Assembly: GCA_951406725.2 (NCBI GenBank)
Contig: OX597821.1
Location: 6,696,001-6,760,000, forward strand
Length of the DNA: 64,000 nt
Origin: Octopus vulgaris
Taxonomy: Eukaryota
Direction: 5' to 3'
The notes beneath the pieces were generated by a model that was not told where the DNA came from, searched no databases, and worked only from the letters and a program-made list of their open reading frames with translations. Positions 26,016 to 37,887 of this stretch are shown here, piece after piece. The translations under genes were made by a program, and so were the position numbers. How positions within the stretch are numbered: position 1 is the first letter of the stretch; the number at the start of each line of letters is the position of its first letter.

Positions 26016-28075
26016 TGTTGGAACAATGTTGTAGACAGGGCTATTAGAGAAAAGAAACAGGCTTGGAAGGACTGGAAGAATGGAGGTAGCAGGGAATTGT
26101 ATCAGACTGCCAAAAGAGAAGCTAGGAGACAGGTTTATTTAGCCAGAGGGGAAGCAGATAAGAAAAAATTTGCCAATGTTCTGCGCCGTGAGGACCTAAA
26201 GACTTGAGGTATTTCATGTTGCAAGACAGTGTGTGAGAGAGAATCGTGATGTGGTAGGAGAGAAATGTGTTCGCATGGATGATAGTTCACTTGCGCTAAA
26301 TGAGGATGCAAAGAGAGAGGTTTGGAGACGCCACTATGAAAGGTTGCTGAATAAAGAAAATGAATTTGATAAAGAGAGTCTGCCGAATGTCGACCCAACA
26401 GAGGGACCAGCTACCCGAGTTGACAGTTCCTTGGTAGTTAAGGCAATTAGAAGCATGAAGACAGGGAAAGCCCCAGGCCCATCAGGAATTACTGCAGAGA
26501 TGCTTAAAATACCTGGTAGTGTCAGCTATAGCCTAGTCACCCGTATAGTTAACCAGGTGATACACGAAGGAGTCATACCCAATGACTGGTGTAGCAGCAT
26601 AATAGTCAACTGCTACAAAGGTAAAGGTGACGCCCTAGATACAAGTAATTACAGAGGTATCAAGCTGTTGGATCAGGTAATGAAGGTTACGGAGAGGGTC
26701 ATAGCCCAACTAATTAGAGAGAGAGTTAGTTTAGATGAGATGCAGTTTGGGTTCGTGCCAGGGAAAAGCACCACTGATGCCATAATCCTGGTAAGACAGC
26801 TGCAGGAGAAATACCTAGCCAAAGATAAGCCCCTGTACCTGGCTTTTGTTGACATGGAGAAAGCCTTCGACAGGGTCCCCCGATCCCTTATCTGGTGGTC
26901 AATGAGGAAACTAGGGATAGATGAATGGTTAGTGAGAGCTGTGCAAGCCATGTACAGGGATGCTGCTAGTAAGGTGAGGGTTGGCAATGAGTACAGTGGA
27001 GAATTCCGGGTAGAGGTAGGAGTCAACCAAGGTTCAGTCCTCAGCCCCCTCCTATTTATCATAGTCCTCCAGGCAATAACGGAGGAATTCAAGACAGGAT
27101 GCCCCTGGGAGCTCCTCTACACTGATGACCTTGCTCTAATTGCTGAGTCACTATCAGAACTGGAGGAGAAGTTTCAGGTGTGGAAGCAAGGATTAGAATC
27201 GAAGGGCCTTAGAGTCAACCTAGCTAAAACCAAAGTCCTAATAAGTAGGAAGGTAGACAAGTCACAAACGCCTTCAGGTAGATGGCCCTGCTCGATCTGT
27301 AGAAAAGGCGTAGGTAGGAACTCTATAAGATGCACCAAGTGTAAGCTATGGACACATAAGAGGTGTGGCAATGTCAACGAAAGGCTAACTAGGAAGATAG
27401 TTTTTGTATGTGGCAGATGCTCAGGAGCAATAAACACTGAAAATGCTCAGAGACCAACTTCCGCCACATTCCAGGGAGAAAAAACTAGAAATAATTGATA
27501 GCTTCCGTTACCTAGGTGACCAAGTCAGTAGCGGGGGCGTGTGTGTTGAAAGTGTAACTGCTAGAGTAAGAATAGCCTGGGCAAAGTTCAGAGAGCTCTT
27601 ACCTCTGCTGGTGACAAAAGGCCTCTCGCTCAGAGTAAAAGGCAGACTGTATGACGCATGTGTATGAACAGCCATGCTACATGGCAGTGAAACATGGGCC
27701 GTGACTGCTGAGGATATGCGTAAGCTTGCAAGAAATGAAGCCAGTATGCTCCGATGGATGTGTAATGTCAGTGTTCATACTCGACAGAGTGTAAGTACCT
27801 TGAGAGAGAAGTTGGACCTAAGAAGCATCAGTTGTGGTGTGCAAGAGAGACGTTTGCGCTGATATGGTCATGTGGCGAGAATGGATGAAGATAGTTGTGT
27901 GAAAAAGTGCCACACTCTAGCGGTTGAGGGAACCTGTGGAAGAGGTAGACCCAGGAAAACCTGGGACGAGGTGGTGAAGCACGACCTTCGAACTTTAGGT
28001 CTCACCGAGGAAATGACTAGAGACCGAGACCTTTGGAAGTATGCTGTGCGTGAGAAGACCCGGCAGGACAAGTGA
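26016..28075 (+). pseudogene. RTE reverse transcriptase ORF, disrupted (main segment 26233-27498)
   Basis: Split across ORFs 25998-26207, 26233-27498, 27443-27667, 27674-27862 and 27872-28075 by frameshifts and stops; endonuclease domain missing; YADD changed to YTDD. Confidence 0.9.
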
Positions 28076-28595
28076 GACCATAACCCGTGGCCTCAGTCCA
28101 CTTATGCATACCTTTCCTTCTTGGGACACAAAACTCTACTTGTGAAGACCTGTTGAGGCAAGTGAAAATCAAAATCAAAATCTAAATCGGTCAACATCAA
28201 TGGAAATTGTAGCTGTTATACCAGTGCCGGTGGCACATAAGAGAACCATCTGAACATGGTTGTTGCCAGCACCGCCCCGACTGGCCTCTGTGCCGGTGGC
28301 ACATAAAAAGCACCATCCGATCGTGGTCGTTGCCAGCCCCGCCTGGCCTCTGTGCTGGTGGCACGTAAAAAGCACCGTCTGACCGTGGCCGTTTGCCAGC
28401 CTCGTCTGGCACCTGTGCCAGTGGCATGTAAAAGCACCCACTACACTCATGGAGTGGTTGGCGTTAGGATGGGCATCCAGCCGTAGAAACATTGCCAGAT
28501 CAGACTGGGCCTGGTGCAGCCTTCTGGCTTCCCAGACCCCAGTTGCACCGTCCAACCCATGCCAGCATGGAAAGCGGACGCTAAACGATGATGAT
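26016..28595 (+). mobile_element. 5'-truncated RTE-clade non-LTR retrotransposon including 3' UTR and (GAT)n tail
   Basis: RT motifs KAPGPSG, YRGIKLL, QFGFVPGKST, AFVDMEKAFD, QGSVLSP, YTDD; C-terminal FRYLG, LHGSETW, GRGRPRKTW typical of RTE. Confidence 0.92.
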
Positions 28596-28665
28596 TCTAC
28601 AATGTGTGTGTGTGTGTATATGGTTGTGTGTGTGTGTTTGTGTGTGTGTGTCTGTGTGTGTGTGT

Positions 28666-28696
<31 letters not shown>

Positions 28697-29231
28697 CAAC
28701 TAGCCTTATGCAATTAAAATAAAAACTCCATACAGGTACCATTGTCAATTTTAAACTGAGAATATATAAGCTATGATAATATAATTATTATACTGTTTAG
28801 CATATATATATATATATATTTCATATATGATGTTTCTTCAAGCATCTGCTGACAGCAACAACGATATCTAAAGAGACAACTATATACTGACTTAACTAAA
28901 AGATAATCCTTATAAATTAATCTCCTCTCATATCCTTTCATAAAAATTGGCCCCAAAATTGTGCTAATGTAGCATGTCACATTGCTGAAGTACCCACATA
29001 CATTTCTGTCCTTTGATATCTTCAAAGAATTGCTGATATATAATGAGTGAAAGAAACCTTGGTGCATATTAAATGATTGACTTACTTACACATACACTCT
29101 GACACACACACACACACACAGACCCAGATGTATACATCCTCACACACACACAGATGCATGCATATATTCAGACATGGCTATACACAGTATGCACTGTCAG
29201 ATACAATCATACATACAAATACACTTATATA

Positions 29232-29271
<40 letters not shown>

Positions 29272-29274
<3 letters not shown>

Positions 29275-29498
29275 CGGAGTAAACACATAAATGTGAAACA
29301 AGGTGGAAAAAAGAGTACTCAAATACCAGTGGTAGAGTAATATGCTTTATTTAAAGCAGCAGAAAATTCAACAAAATCTGTTACTCTGAGTTTCACGTTG
29401 CCGTTCATCGGACAGTTTTTGCTAGTCCGATGAACAGCAACGTGAAACTCAGAGTAACAGGGATTTTGTTGAATTTTCTGAAACTGCTTTAAATAAAG
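29272..29498. mobile_element. Palindromic element with two opposed hammerhead-like cores
   Basis: Minus 29378-29415: ctgt CCGATGA acg gcaa cgt GAAA ctcagag TA acag; mirrored on plus at 29427-29460; arms extend 29345-29498. Confidence 0.75.
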
Positions 29499-29518
29499 TG
29501 TGTATCCATTTCTTCCTC

Positions 29519-29560
<42 letters not shown>

Positions 29561-30354
29561 CAAACACATATATATGCATGTGTATGAATCTGTGTGTATA
29601 ATAGAGGGTTAGTGAAGTTTCAGCTTCATTTAAGTATTAAATATATATATATATATAATATTTAAATACAATACATATTTATATGTGCACACAAGGGAAA
29701 GGTTGACAGTAACTTTGAAGTCTTGTTGTTCATTGGCTTTGTCAAAACTGTCTGACAGTTAGTGTTAACTTTTCTTCTAAATATATTCATATACAGACAC
29801 AGGCATAGCTATGTAGTAAGAAGCTTGCTTACCAACCATCAGGTTCAGGGTTCAGTCCCACTATGTGACACCTTGGGCAAGTGTTTTCTACTATAGCCTC
29901 GGGCTGACCAAAGTCTTGTGAGTGGGTTTGGTAGACAGAAACTGAAAGAATCCTGTCATATATATGTGTTTGTGTGTCTTTGTGTCTGTATTTGTCCCCC
30001 TAGCATCACTTGACAACCGATGTTGGTGTGTTTATGTTCCTGTAACTTAATGGTTTGGCAAAAGAGACCAATAGAATAGGCTTAAAATTGGTCCTGAAGC
30101 AGTGCTCCAGCATGGCTACAGTCAAATGACTGAAATGAGTAAAAGAACAAAAAATTTTTAAAAACCCACTTAAATATAAAACATATTTATAAACACACAC
30201 ATGGAATGTGTTGATAGTGACTTTGAAGTTTTGATGGTCATTGGCTTTGGTTGGGCTGTCTGATGGGTGAAACTCTGAAGTTACTCTCAACTTTCCTTCT
30301 AAATCTACACCTATATCATGTAAATACGATGTAAAAGATTTGATTTGTCTGCAG

Positions 30355-30471
30355 GATGCCAGAGTTCAGAAAACCCAGAGAATGAGACATTTACATCGTA
30401 TGCAGATTAATGCAGTGGCAGCAGACTTCAATAACCGAAGAAAAGTTCTGAATTACTCTTACAAAGACTCA
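30355..30471 (+). other. Candidate exon (117 nt, coding or 5' UTR) of the downstream gene
   Basis: tttgtctgcag|gat acceptor and tca|gtatgt donor around unique sequence; open in phase 0 (DARVQKTQRMRHLHRMQINAVAADFNNRRKVLNYSYKDS). No homology recognised. Confidence 0.4.
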
Positions 30472-30664
30472 GTATGTCTTTCTATCGCTACTAACATTGG
30501 CTTAATTCCTGCTCCCTGCCGTTCACACAACCATCATTCCATCCATCCAACCATTCACCAATTTTCTACTCCCTCAGTATCACTGCAGTTCCTTATGATC
30601 CTATCCTTGCAGCTCATAACTCACTGCCACTTTGCTTATATGTACATATATAGACCCACACATG

Positions 30665-30707
<43 letters not shown>

Positions 30708-30779
30708 GTTATGTGTTAGTAGTCATGATGATGAACAAAAGTACTCAATACCATAAAGTAGAGTATTAATTTAATTTAG

Positions 30780-30855
30780 TTGGCTGAAATCAACACTGGT
30801 GACCTGAAGAATTGCAAGGAAACTCATAGTAGTTGCTAGTGTTGATTTCAGTCAA
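30780..30855 (+). ncRNA. Hammerhead-like core closed by a 24-bp stem I
   Basis: ttggctgaaatcaacactggtgac CTGAAGA attgcaag GAAA ctcatag TA gttgctagtgttgatttcagtcaa; the arms pair fully when G-U is allowed; stem II is weak. Confidence 0.6.
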
Positions 30856-30875
30856 CAAACATGTGTGTCTGTGTG

Positions 30876-30912
<37 letters not shown>

Positions 30913-30914
<2 letters not shown>

Positions 30915-31114
30915 ATAGGAGAAGAAAATGGATATAATAACAATGGGAAACTCATGGTTTTTGCTGGTATGTCTTTAATTAAATAGGTAACAAAGAAGGA
31001 AGAGGCAGAGATGCATCTCTGCTTCATCCTTCTTTGTTATCTATTTAATTAAAGACATACCAGCGAAAACCATGAGTTTCCCAATGTTAATATATCCATT
31101 TTCTTCTCCTATAC
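30913..31114. repeat. Near-perfect palindrome of about 200 bp
   Basis: gtataggagaagaaaatggatata... / ...tatatccattttcttctcctatac, centred on cagagatgcatctctg (31006-31021). Confidence 0.9.
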
Positions 31115-31277
31115 AACCTAAACTCCGGTTTACCAACCAAACCACCTGCTACCATATGACCTTACAAAAGACTGTACCTACCCAGGTAATAACCAGGAGC
31201 AACACTGAATTCCATTATCTCTTAGAGGTATTAAACCCCTCTAACTGATACCTACACTATATACATATATATATATG

Positions 31278-31310
<33 letters not shown>

Positions 31311-31606
31311 ATATATATTTGTCTGAGGTTGTTGAATCCCTCCTGCTCCTCTGTGTTTCTTGCTACAATTTTTGAGACACTAAAAATATTTAAATGGGTC
31401 AAAAAATAAAAAAAAGACCCTCAGAATAGTTTTGGAGTGAATGATTTAGCTTTTAAAGAATAAATAAAATCTACTACAGGTATTTAGTACTTTTTCTCTC
31501 ATTTGTTTATCCAAACATATATATTAATATGTATGTATGTGTGTGTCTGTATATATATATATAGATTCATTAATATACATACATACATATACATACATAT
31601 ACATGC

Positions 31607-31775
<169 letters not shown>

Positions 31776-31951
31776 ATATACACGCACATACATATATGCA
31801 TATATATATGCATATATATCATCATGATCATCAAATATGATAATGTTAGTCGTTATCACTGCCACCATTGTTATCATCCTTATTATCATATTTATTTATT
31901 TATTTATTTATATATTTATCTATATATTTTGTCGTAGAACTTAAAGGAAGC

Positions 31952-31993
31952 ATGTCTACGCTTTGCATGTCCAGTGCCAAAGAGAAAGAGAAA
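31952..31993 (+). CDS. Candidate first coding exon (MSTLCMSSAKEKEK) of the pseudokinase gene
   Basis: Acceptor ttttgtcgtag at 31937, ATG with A at -3, phase-0 donor aaa|gtatat compatible with the exon at 47530; donor is weak. Confidence 0.35.
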
Positions 31994-34900
31994 GTATATT
32001 TCAAGCAAAATCAATTGTAAACTCCCATCGTTCTTCTTCAGGTGTTCAAAATAAAAGTAACTCTAGATTCTTAAATGACAATAGAGAAAAATAGTAATTA
32101 AAAGGAAAAAAAAAACCCCATAAAAACAAGAAAAAGAAAAGTTAACATATAGTACCTATTGTTTTATATAGTAAAAAGTAAGGATCTGAAGATGCTAGTG
32201 TTGGCCATTAGTATGTATAAATGGTTTAAAGAAAGGAATAAATTGGTTTTGCTGTGACTGTTCCTCTTCCCCTCAGTAAACCAATTTATTTTCCATTTTC
32301 TAAAGTCATTTTATATACCCTATTTGTTATAGTAGCAGGGGTGCTTGCATGATTATGGTAGTCAGGTCATCAAAGGAATTATCTCCCTAATATCATCTTC
32401 TCAGTAGATTCTCTAAGATTATTAAGCTTGAGATAACTGTTTCTTATTGAAACTTGAAAAGAAATTTTCAAGAAATTGTAATGAAATATAAACCTTTGTT
32501 ATATTTAAATTGTTATCTTTGATTTATATGTATTGTCATCTTAAAGGACTGGATTGGCAGAATTGTTAGGCCTCAGAAGAAATACCTTGTGGTATTTCTT
32601 CTGATTCTTTGCATTGAGCTCAAATCCCACTGAAATCAATTGTCTTTTATCCTTCCAGGTTCAATGGAATAAAGTTCTGGCCAAGTACTCAGCAGTGGCT
32701 TAATTAACTAACTCCTCCCATTAAAATTACTTACCCTATACCTTAATCAGAAATAATATATACTGCTTTCTTACTGTCAGCTTTTGATGATTTGTAGTTA
32801 TTTACTAAATAAATTTACTGTTTGGTTTCTAACAAAGTACAGGTTACACTCACCTTAAGCATTCAGGCTAAGTGAGCAGATAACTTCCTCCCTCCATTCT
32901 TTCACAAATTTAGTTGCCCTGAAAAATTTCCAGGGTGCCATTTGTTCTCCTCTGTCTTAAATATAAAAAAAAAAATTGTTGTACCTGTCTGAGATTAAAC
33001 ATTGGCATCCTTTTTGTCTCGGGAGACAATGGAGTTGCGCATAAAATAGTCTAGTCCGGCTTTTACATTTCAAGTCCTAATACATTTCCTGCTGTGGCTG
33101 TGTAGTCCTAAACATAGACCGACTAATATCATTTGTTTTCCATGCTAGCATGGTTTAGAGGGAAGGAAACTGAGGCAGGGTCTTTTTACAGCTGGATACA
33201 CTTCCTGTCGCCAACCCTTACATTGATTTTTAAGGAAGGTTCTTTTATTTGAGAGGAGTTTGAAGGTGCAGGGCTGGGGGATCTGAACCTGAAGCTAGGT
33301 GTTGAGATATGAACTTCTTAACCACCCAGCCATGGAACTAGTGCCTGCTGGGATATTCAATGCTGAGTCAAGAAATACTTATCTGTGAAAGAAACATTGG
33401 TAGATTTGTAGGATGGTGTGTAGTTCCAGGTCACCTCTGATCAAAGGCACTCTGCCCACGACCATCACGTTTTGATTTTAACACTGTGTGATTTGGTCTA
33501 TGTATCCAATATGTCTTTCTCTTTTTAATCTGTTATGGATTAATTTAAAGGAGATAAAAAACAATTATTTTTACCATGTCAAATGATTACATAAAGACTT
33601 CTCTCTTTGATTGAAAGAAAAATTATTTATGGTTATTTAGCTCTCAAATCATCCTTGATGGAGCAGACCCATAATGAAGAGCAGTCATTCCGTGACCATC
33701 CTGTCTTATTTTAATGAATAATATACTCCAGATCACATTATCTAATGTACACTTTTCATGTGGCAGTCAAAGTGTGATCTGAAGAGGGATTTGAAGCAAC
33801 TGAAGGCCTTTCTCATTGAATCATTGAAAAGTTGGTGTATGTAGGTGCTGGCTGTGTGGTTGAAGTGATTCAAGCTCTGTGACTTGACCAATGACTGTTG
33901 TGTCATGGGTTTCCAGTTCTCATATAGTTGTTGGATGGAGAACTTGAGAAGATAAAGTTTAATGTATTCTGGTTACTTAAACAATCTTCTCTTTACTGAT
34001 CAGGCAATGATCTGTGTCTGAAACATTTAGTTCATAGCAGGGTTTAATAAGTTCAGTTGCCATGAAGAATAAAGAATTAGGTATCTCAAACCCTTGCTCT
34101 TTGAGTATGAGGGAAAGTGAGAGGTTGGCGGGGAAGTGGTGTTGTTGCCAGGGTTCTGTAAATTAGAATGGCTAATCTTTAATATTTCTAACAAGCAATG
34201 TAAATATCAAATATCTTTTCAATGGCTGTTGTTAAGATTCAATGTACACTTATGCTTGATCTCATTGCTTGACACCATGGGTGAGTGTTTTGTGTTGTCT
34301 ACAATAACCTTGGATTGACCAAAGCCTTGTGAGCAAAATCTTGAACGTGGAAACTGTGTAATCCCACCAGATAAACCATGCCTGTTCTTCAACTCTTCCT
34401 GGTCTTGACCAGTAGATTTAATCCATCATCCAGGTTAATGCTATTATCACCTGGCCCTTGGCTACCTTTTAGTAGTACCCAATAGGTTGATGGTATTTTG
34501 GTCTGGCTTCTGGTTTGAGAATAACTCCACCTTTGCCTCTTCCTAGTCTCCAAGTTCCTGAGAAAGTTATGGGCATGTCCCTTCCTGTTCTGTCTAAACC
34601 ATTCACGTATGTTTTATCTTTTTATCTTTTTACTTGTTTCAGTCATTGGACTTTGACCATGCTGGAGCACTGTCTTAAAAGGTTTAGTTGAGCAAATCAA
34701 TCCCAGCACTTATTGTTAAAAGTTGGGTACTTATTCTATCAGTCTTTTTTGCTAAACCACTAAGTTACAGGGATGTAAACACATCAACACCGGCAGTGGT
34801 GAGAACAAACACTGCCAAAAAGACACACACACACACAAACATATATACAATATGCTTCCATACAGTTTCCACCCACCAAATTCACTCACAAGGCATTGGT

Positions 34901-37120
34901 TTGCCCAGGGCTGTAGTAGAAGACACTTGCCCGAGGTTCCACACACTGGGACTGAACCCAAAATCATATGATTGCGAAGCAGGCTTCTCATACCAATAAA
35001 TGAATAAAGGGTGGAATATCTCTATAACCTTTGATGTCTAATTAGTTCTAAAAGTGTAATTAATATAAAAATGTCCTGAATATTTGTCATCTCATAAAAG
35101 TTCTGGGGTTTAGGTCTCAGTAAAGTTCAGTTCCCATTCTTATCAACCCCTCATTACTATTTTCTATGGGTATTCTGACATTTTAGAATTTTATATGTAC
35201 CAGCCTACTTGAAATGATCCCTGCTCCCATGATATTAAGTGTTCCCTGCCAAAATTTCCCTATGTGTCATCTGTGAAGCAAAAAAACCCCATCTACAGAA
35301 TTCTAAATGTCAGGTTATTTAGGGATGAAAATGTCTTATCCTCAAAGGATCATTGGGACACCATTAAAGGTTCCTTTTCATGTTATGTGTCTGGGATTCT
35401 TGTTTTTATTATTTCATACATCAATTTTGATTAAGCAAAGGCACTCCAAATCTGACCAACTCATCTAAGACTAAATAATTCAATGAATCCTTTCTTCTTT
35501 AAAAAAAAAAAAATGTTAGGCTGTGGTTGGGGTAAATTTGACTGCTATTTCTAGCAAAGTGAGCTACCATATAATGGCTCCTTTGTTCAGTAGAGTTACT
35601 CTCAGGATAGAGCAGCATTAATAACAGGTACTAAAAGTGAGATTAAAAGAATTGCTGAACATGGAATTGAACCTTTATTGCTAACTTTGTTTGCTAGGAG
35701 CTTACCATTAGTATAAGAAGAACATTACAACTAGGTATTCCAACTATAGAACAAAATATTACACATCAAGCCAACAAAAGAATTTCTATATAGTCATTTG
35801 ACTTGCTAGAAATAACAGTCAAATTGCCCTCAGATACTGGACATATGAATACTTGTGGGAGGTGTGTATGTATGAGTGTGCTTCCATGTACAACCATAGG
35901 TTGCTTTACCTATGAATGAGCCTCTACTCAGTTGTGTAACCTGGTAAAAATAGCAGCCAAAACTCCCTCACATCACATCCTATATTTTTTAAAAAATGGT
36001 AGGACACATTTGATAATGTAATCATAGATACATTCTATCTGAGATAAAGACAAGATGGTCACAGCTGGGGGATAATTTTGGTTCTAGGTTTGCTAGTTTG
36101 GGACCTAAGGATGCTAAGTAAGAACAGGAAAGAAGGACACAAAATATAACATAATTCTATGTCTGAAAAGAGGATGAGATTGCCATGACTGGAAATCCTT
36201 TGATCAGAATTTTCTGCTGGATCAGGACTGACCTGAAGCTGAACAACAGCCACAACAATAATATTACCATTATTTACTAAGGCGGCGAACTGGTAGAATG
36301 GTTAGCATGCCAGGCAAAATGCTTAGCAGCATTTTGTCTGTCTTTATATTCTGACTTCAAATTCCATCAAGGTTGACTTTGCCTTTCATACATTTCAGAG
36401 TTGATAAAATAAGTACCAGTTGAGTATTGGGGTCGATGTAATTTGACTTACCCAACTCCCTCAAATATGCTGGCATTGTGCCAAAATTTGAAATCAGTAT
36501 TAAATTATTTACTAAATTTTTCCCAAATCCATTTCTATTTATAACATTAATGAAACTACTATGGCAGCCTTCTGTTGTTATGGGAACCACTCAATTTGCT
36601 AGATATAACAGCCAGATGTTTCTCAAATCACACTCTTCACAAGGATTTGGTTGGCCCAGGCTATAGTAGAAAGTAGAAGACGCTTGGCCAACATGCTGCA
36701 CAGTGGGACTGAACCCAAGACCTCATGGTTGGGAAGCAAGCCTCTCATCCACACAGCCAGAATTTTGTCTATTACTGAGGAAATATTAATTATTGGTGGT
36801 AAGGTAAAGGTAGTGTTTAGTTTAGCTTTCCAATGACAGACCTCAGTTATAATGTACTTTTAGGAAGCAGGGAGAGGAATGAAGAATATAATATCAAAAT
36901 ATATGAGTCAGGTAATATCTACCCATCATGCAGTGCTTTGAATAACTTTCTGTCTGCTGTGAGATATGATAAAAATACATACAGCAATTATATCATTGAG
37001 ATATCCCTTAAAAACAAACAGCCGCACGATCTAGATATATCTTAAAATAAGATTGCCGCAAAGGAAGTTAGATTTTGCCTCAACTAATAGGTTCTACATG
37101 CACATTACGCATATGTACAT

Positions 37121-37160
<40 letters not shown>

Positions 37161-37167
37161 GTATATG

Positions 37168-37207
<40 letters not shown>

Positions 37208-37299
37208 CACACACTCACACATATCCATATGTACATTTATATACATACATACATATATTTATATATATAAATTTACATATGTATGTGTGTGAGTGTGTG

Positions 37300-37346
<47 letters not shown>

Positions 37347-37369
37347 ATACATGTGTATGTGTCTTTATA

Positions 37370-37413
<44 letters not shown>

Positions 37414-37848
37414 TACGTATGTACACACTCATATATACTCCCCCTCATATGTGTACATATTGAGTATTTTTACTCTCATTTATTATAAAATGCACACACA
37501 TACACACACACACACACACATGCTATTGTAATGAAGTTGTAAATCACTAAAACTCTACACACACTCGCTCGCCGCACAGATGGTGTGTTCTGTTTAAACT
37601 TGATAAGTTCCTCATCCATAATTACCCGTGTCATCACTCTAACATCTACCTTTAAAAGGAACAGGAAAAGAGGTTTTTCTTTTCTTCTTTCTTTTTTTTT
37701 TTTTTACATATTACAAAAAAAATATGTATTTCCCCTCCATCAATGTTATGAACAAAAATTACTTCAGCCTGATTTAAAACTTCTTTAAAAAAGAACCTTA
37801 GCATATCCACATCTAGACCTGTCTTTGCTACATTGAGAGCACTGTGAC

Positions 37849-37887
37849 ATGCGACAGCAGAGGGATAGAAAGACTGGTCCCATCAAA
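37849..37887 (+). CDS. Candidate alternative first coding exon (MRQQRDRKTGPIK)
   Basis: ATG, 13 codons and a canonical aaa|gtaagt donor in phase 0, compatible with the exon at 47530. Confidence 0.35.

Noticed and set aside
25568-26047. 159-aa ORF upstream of the RTE
   Set aside because: No recognisable domain and not in frame with the RTE ORF; probably decayed repeat.
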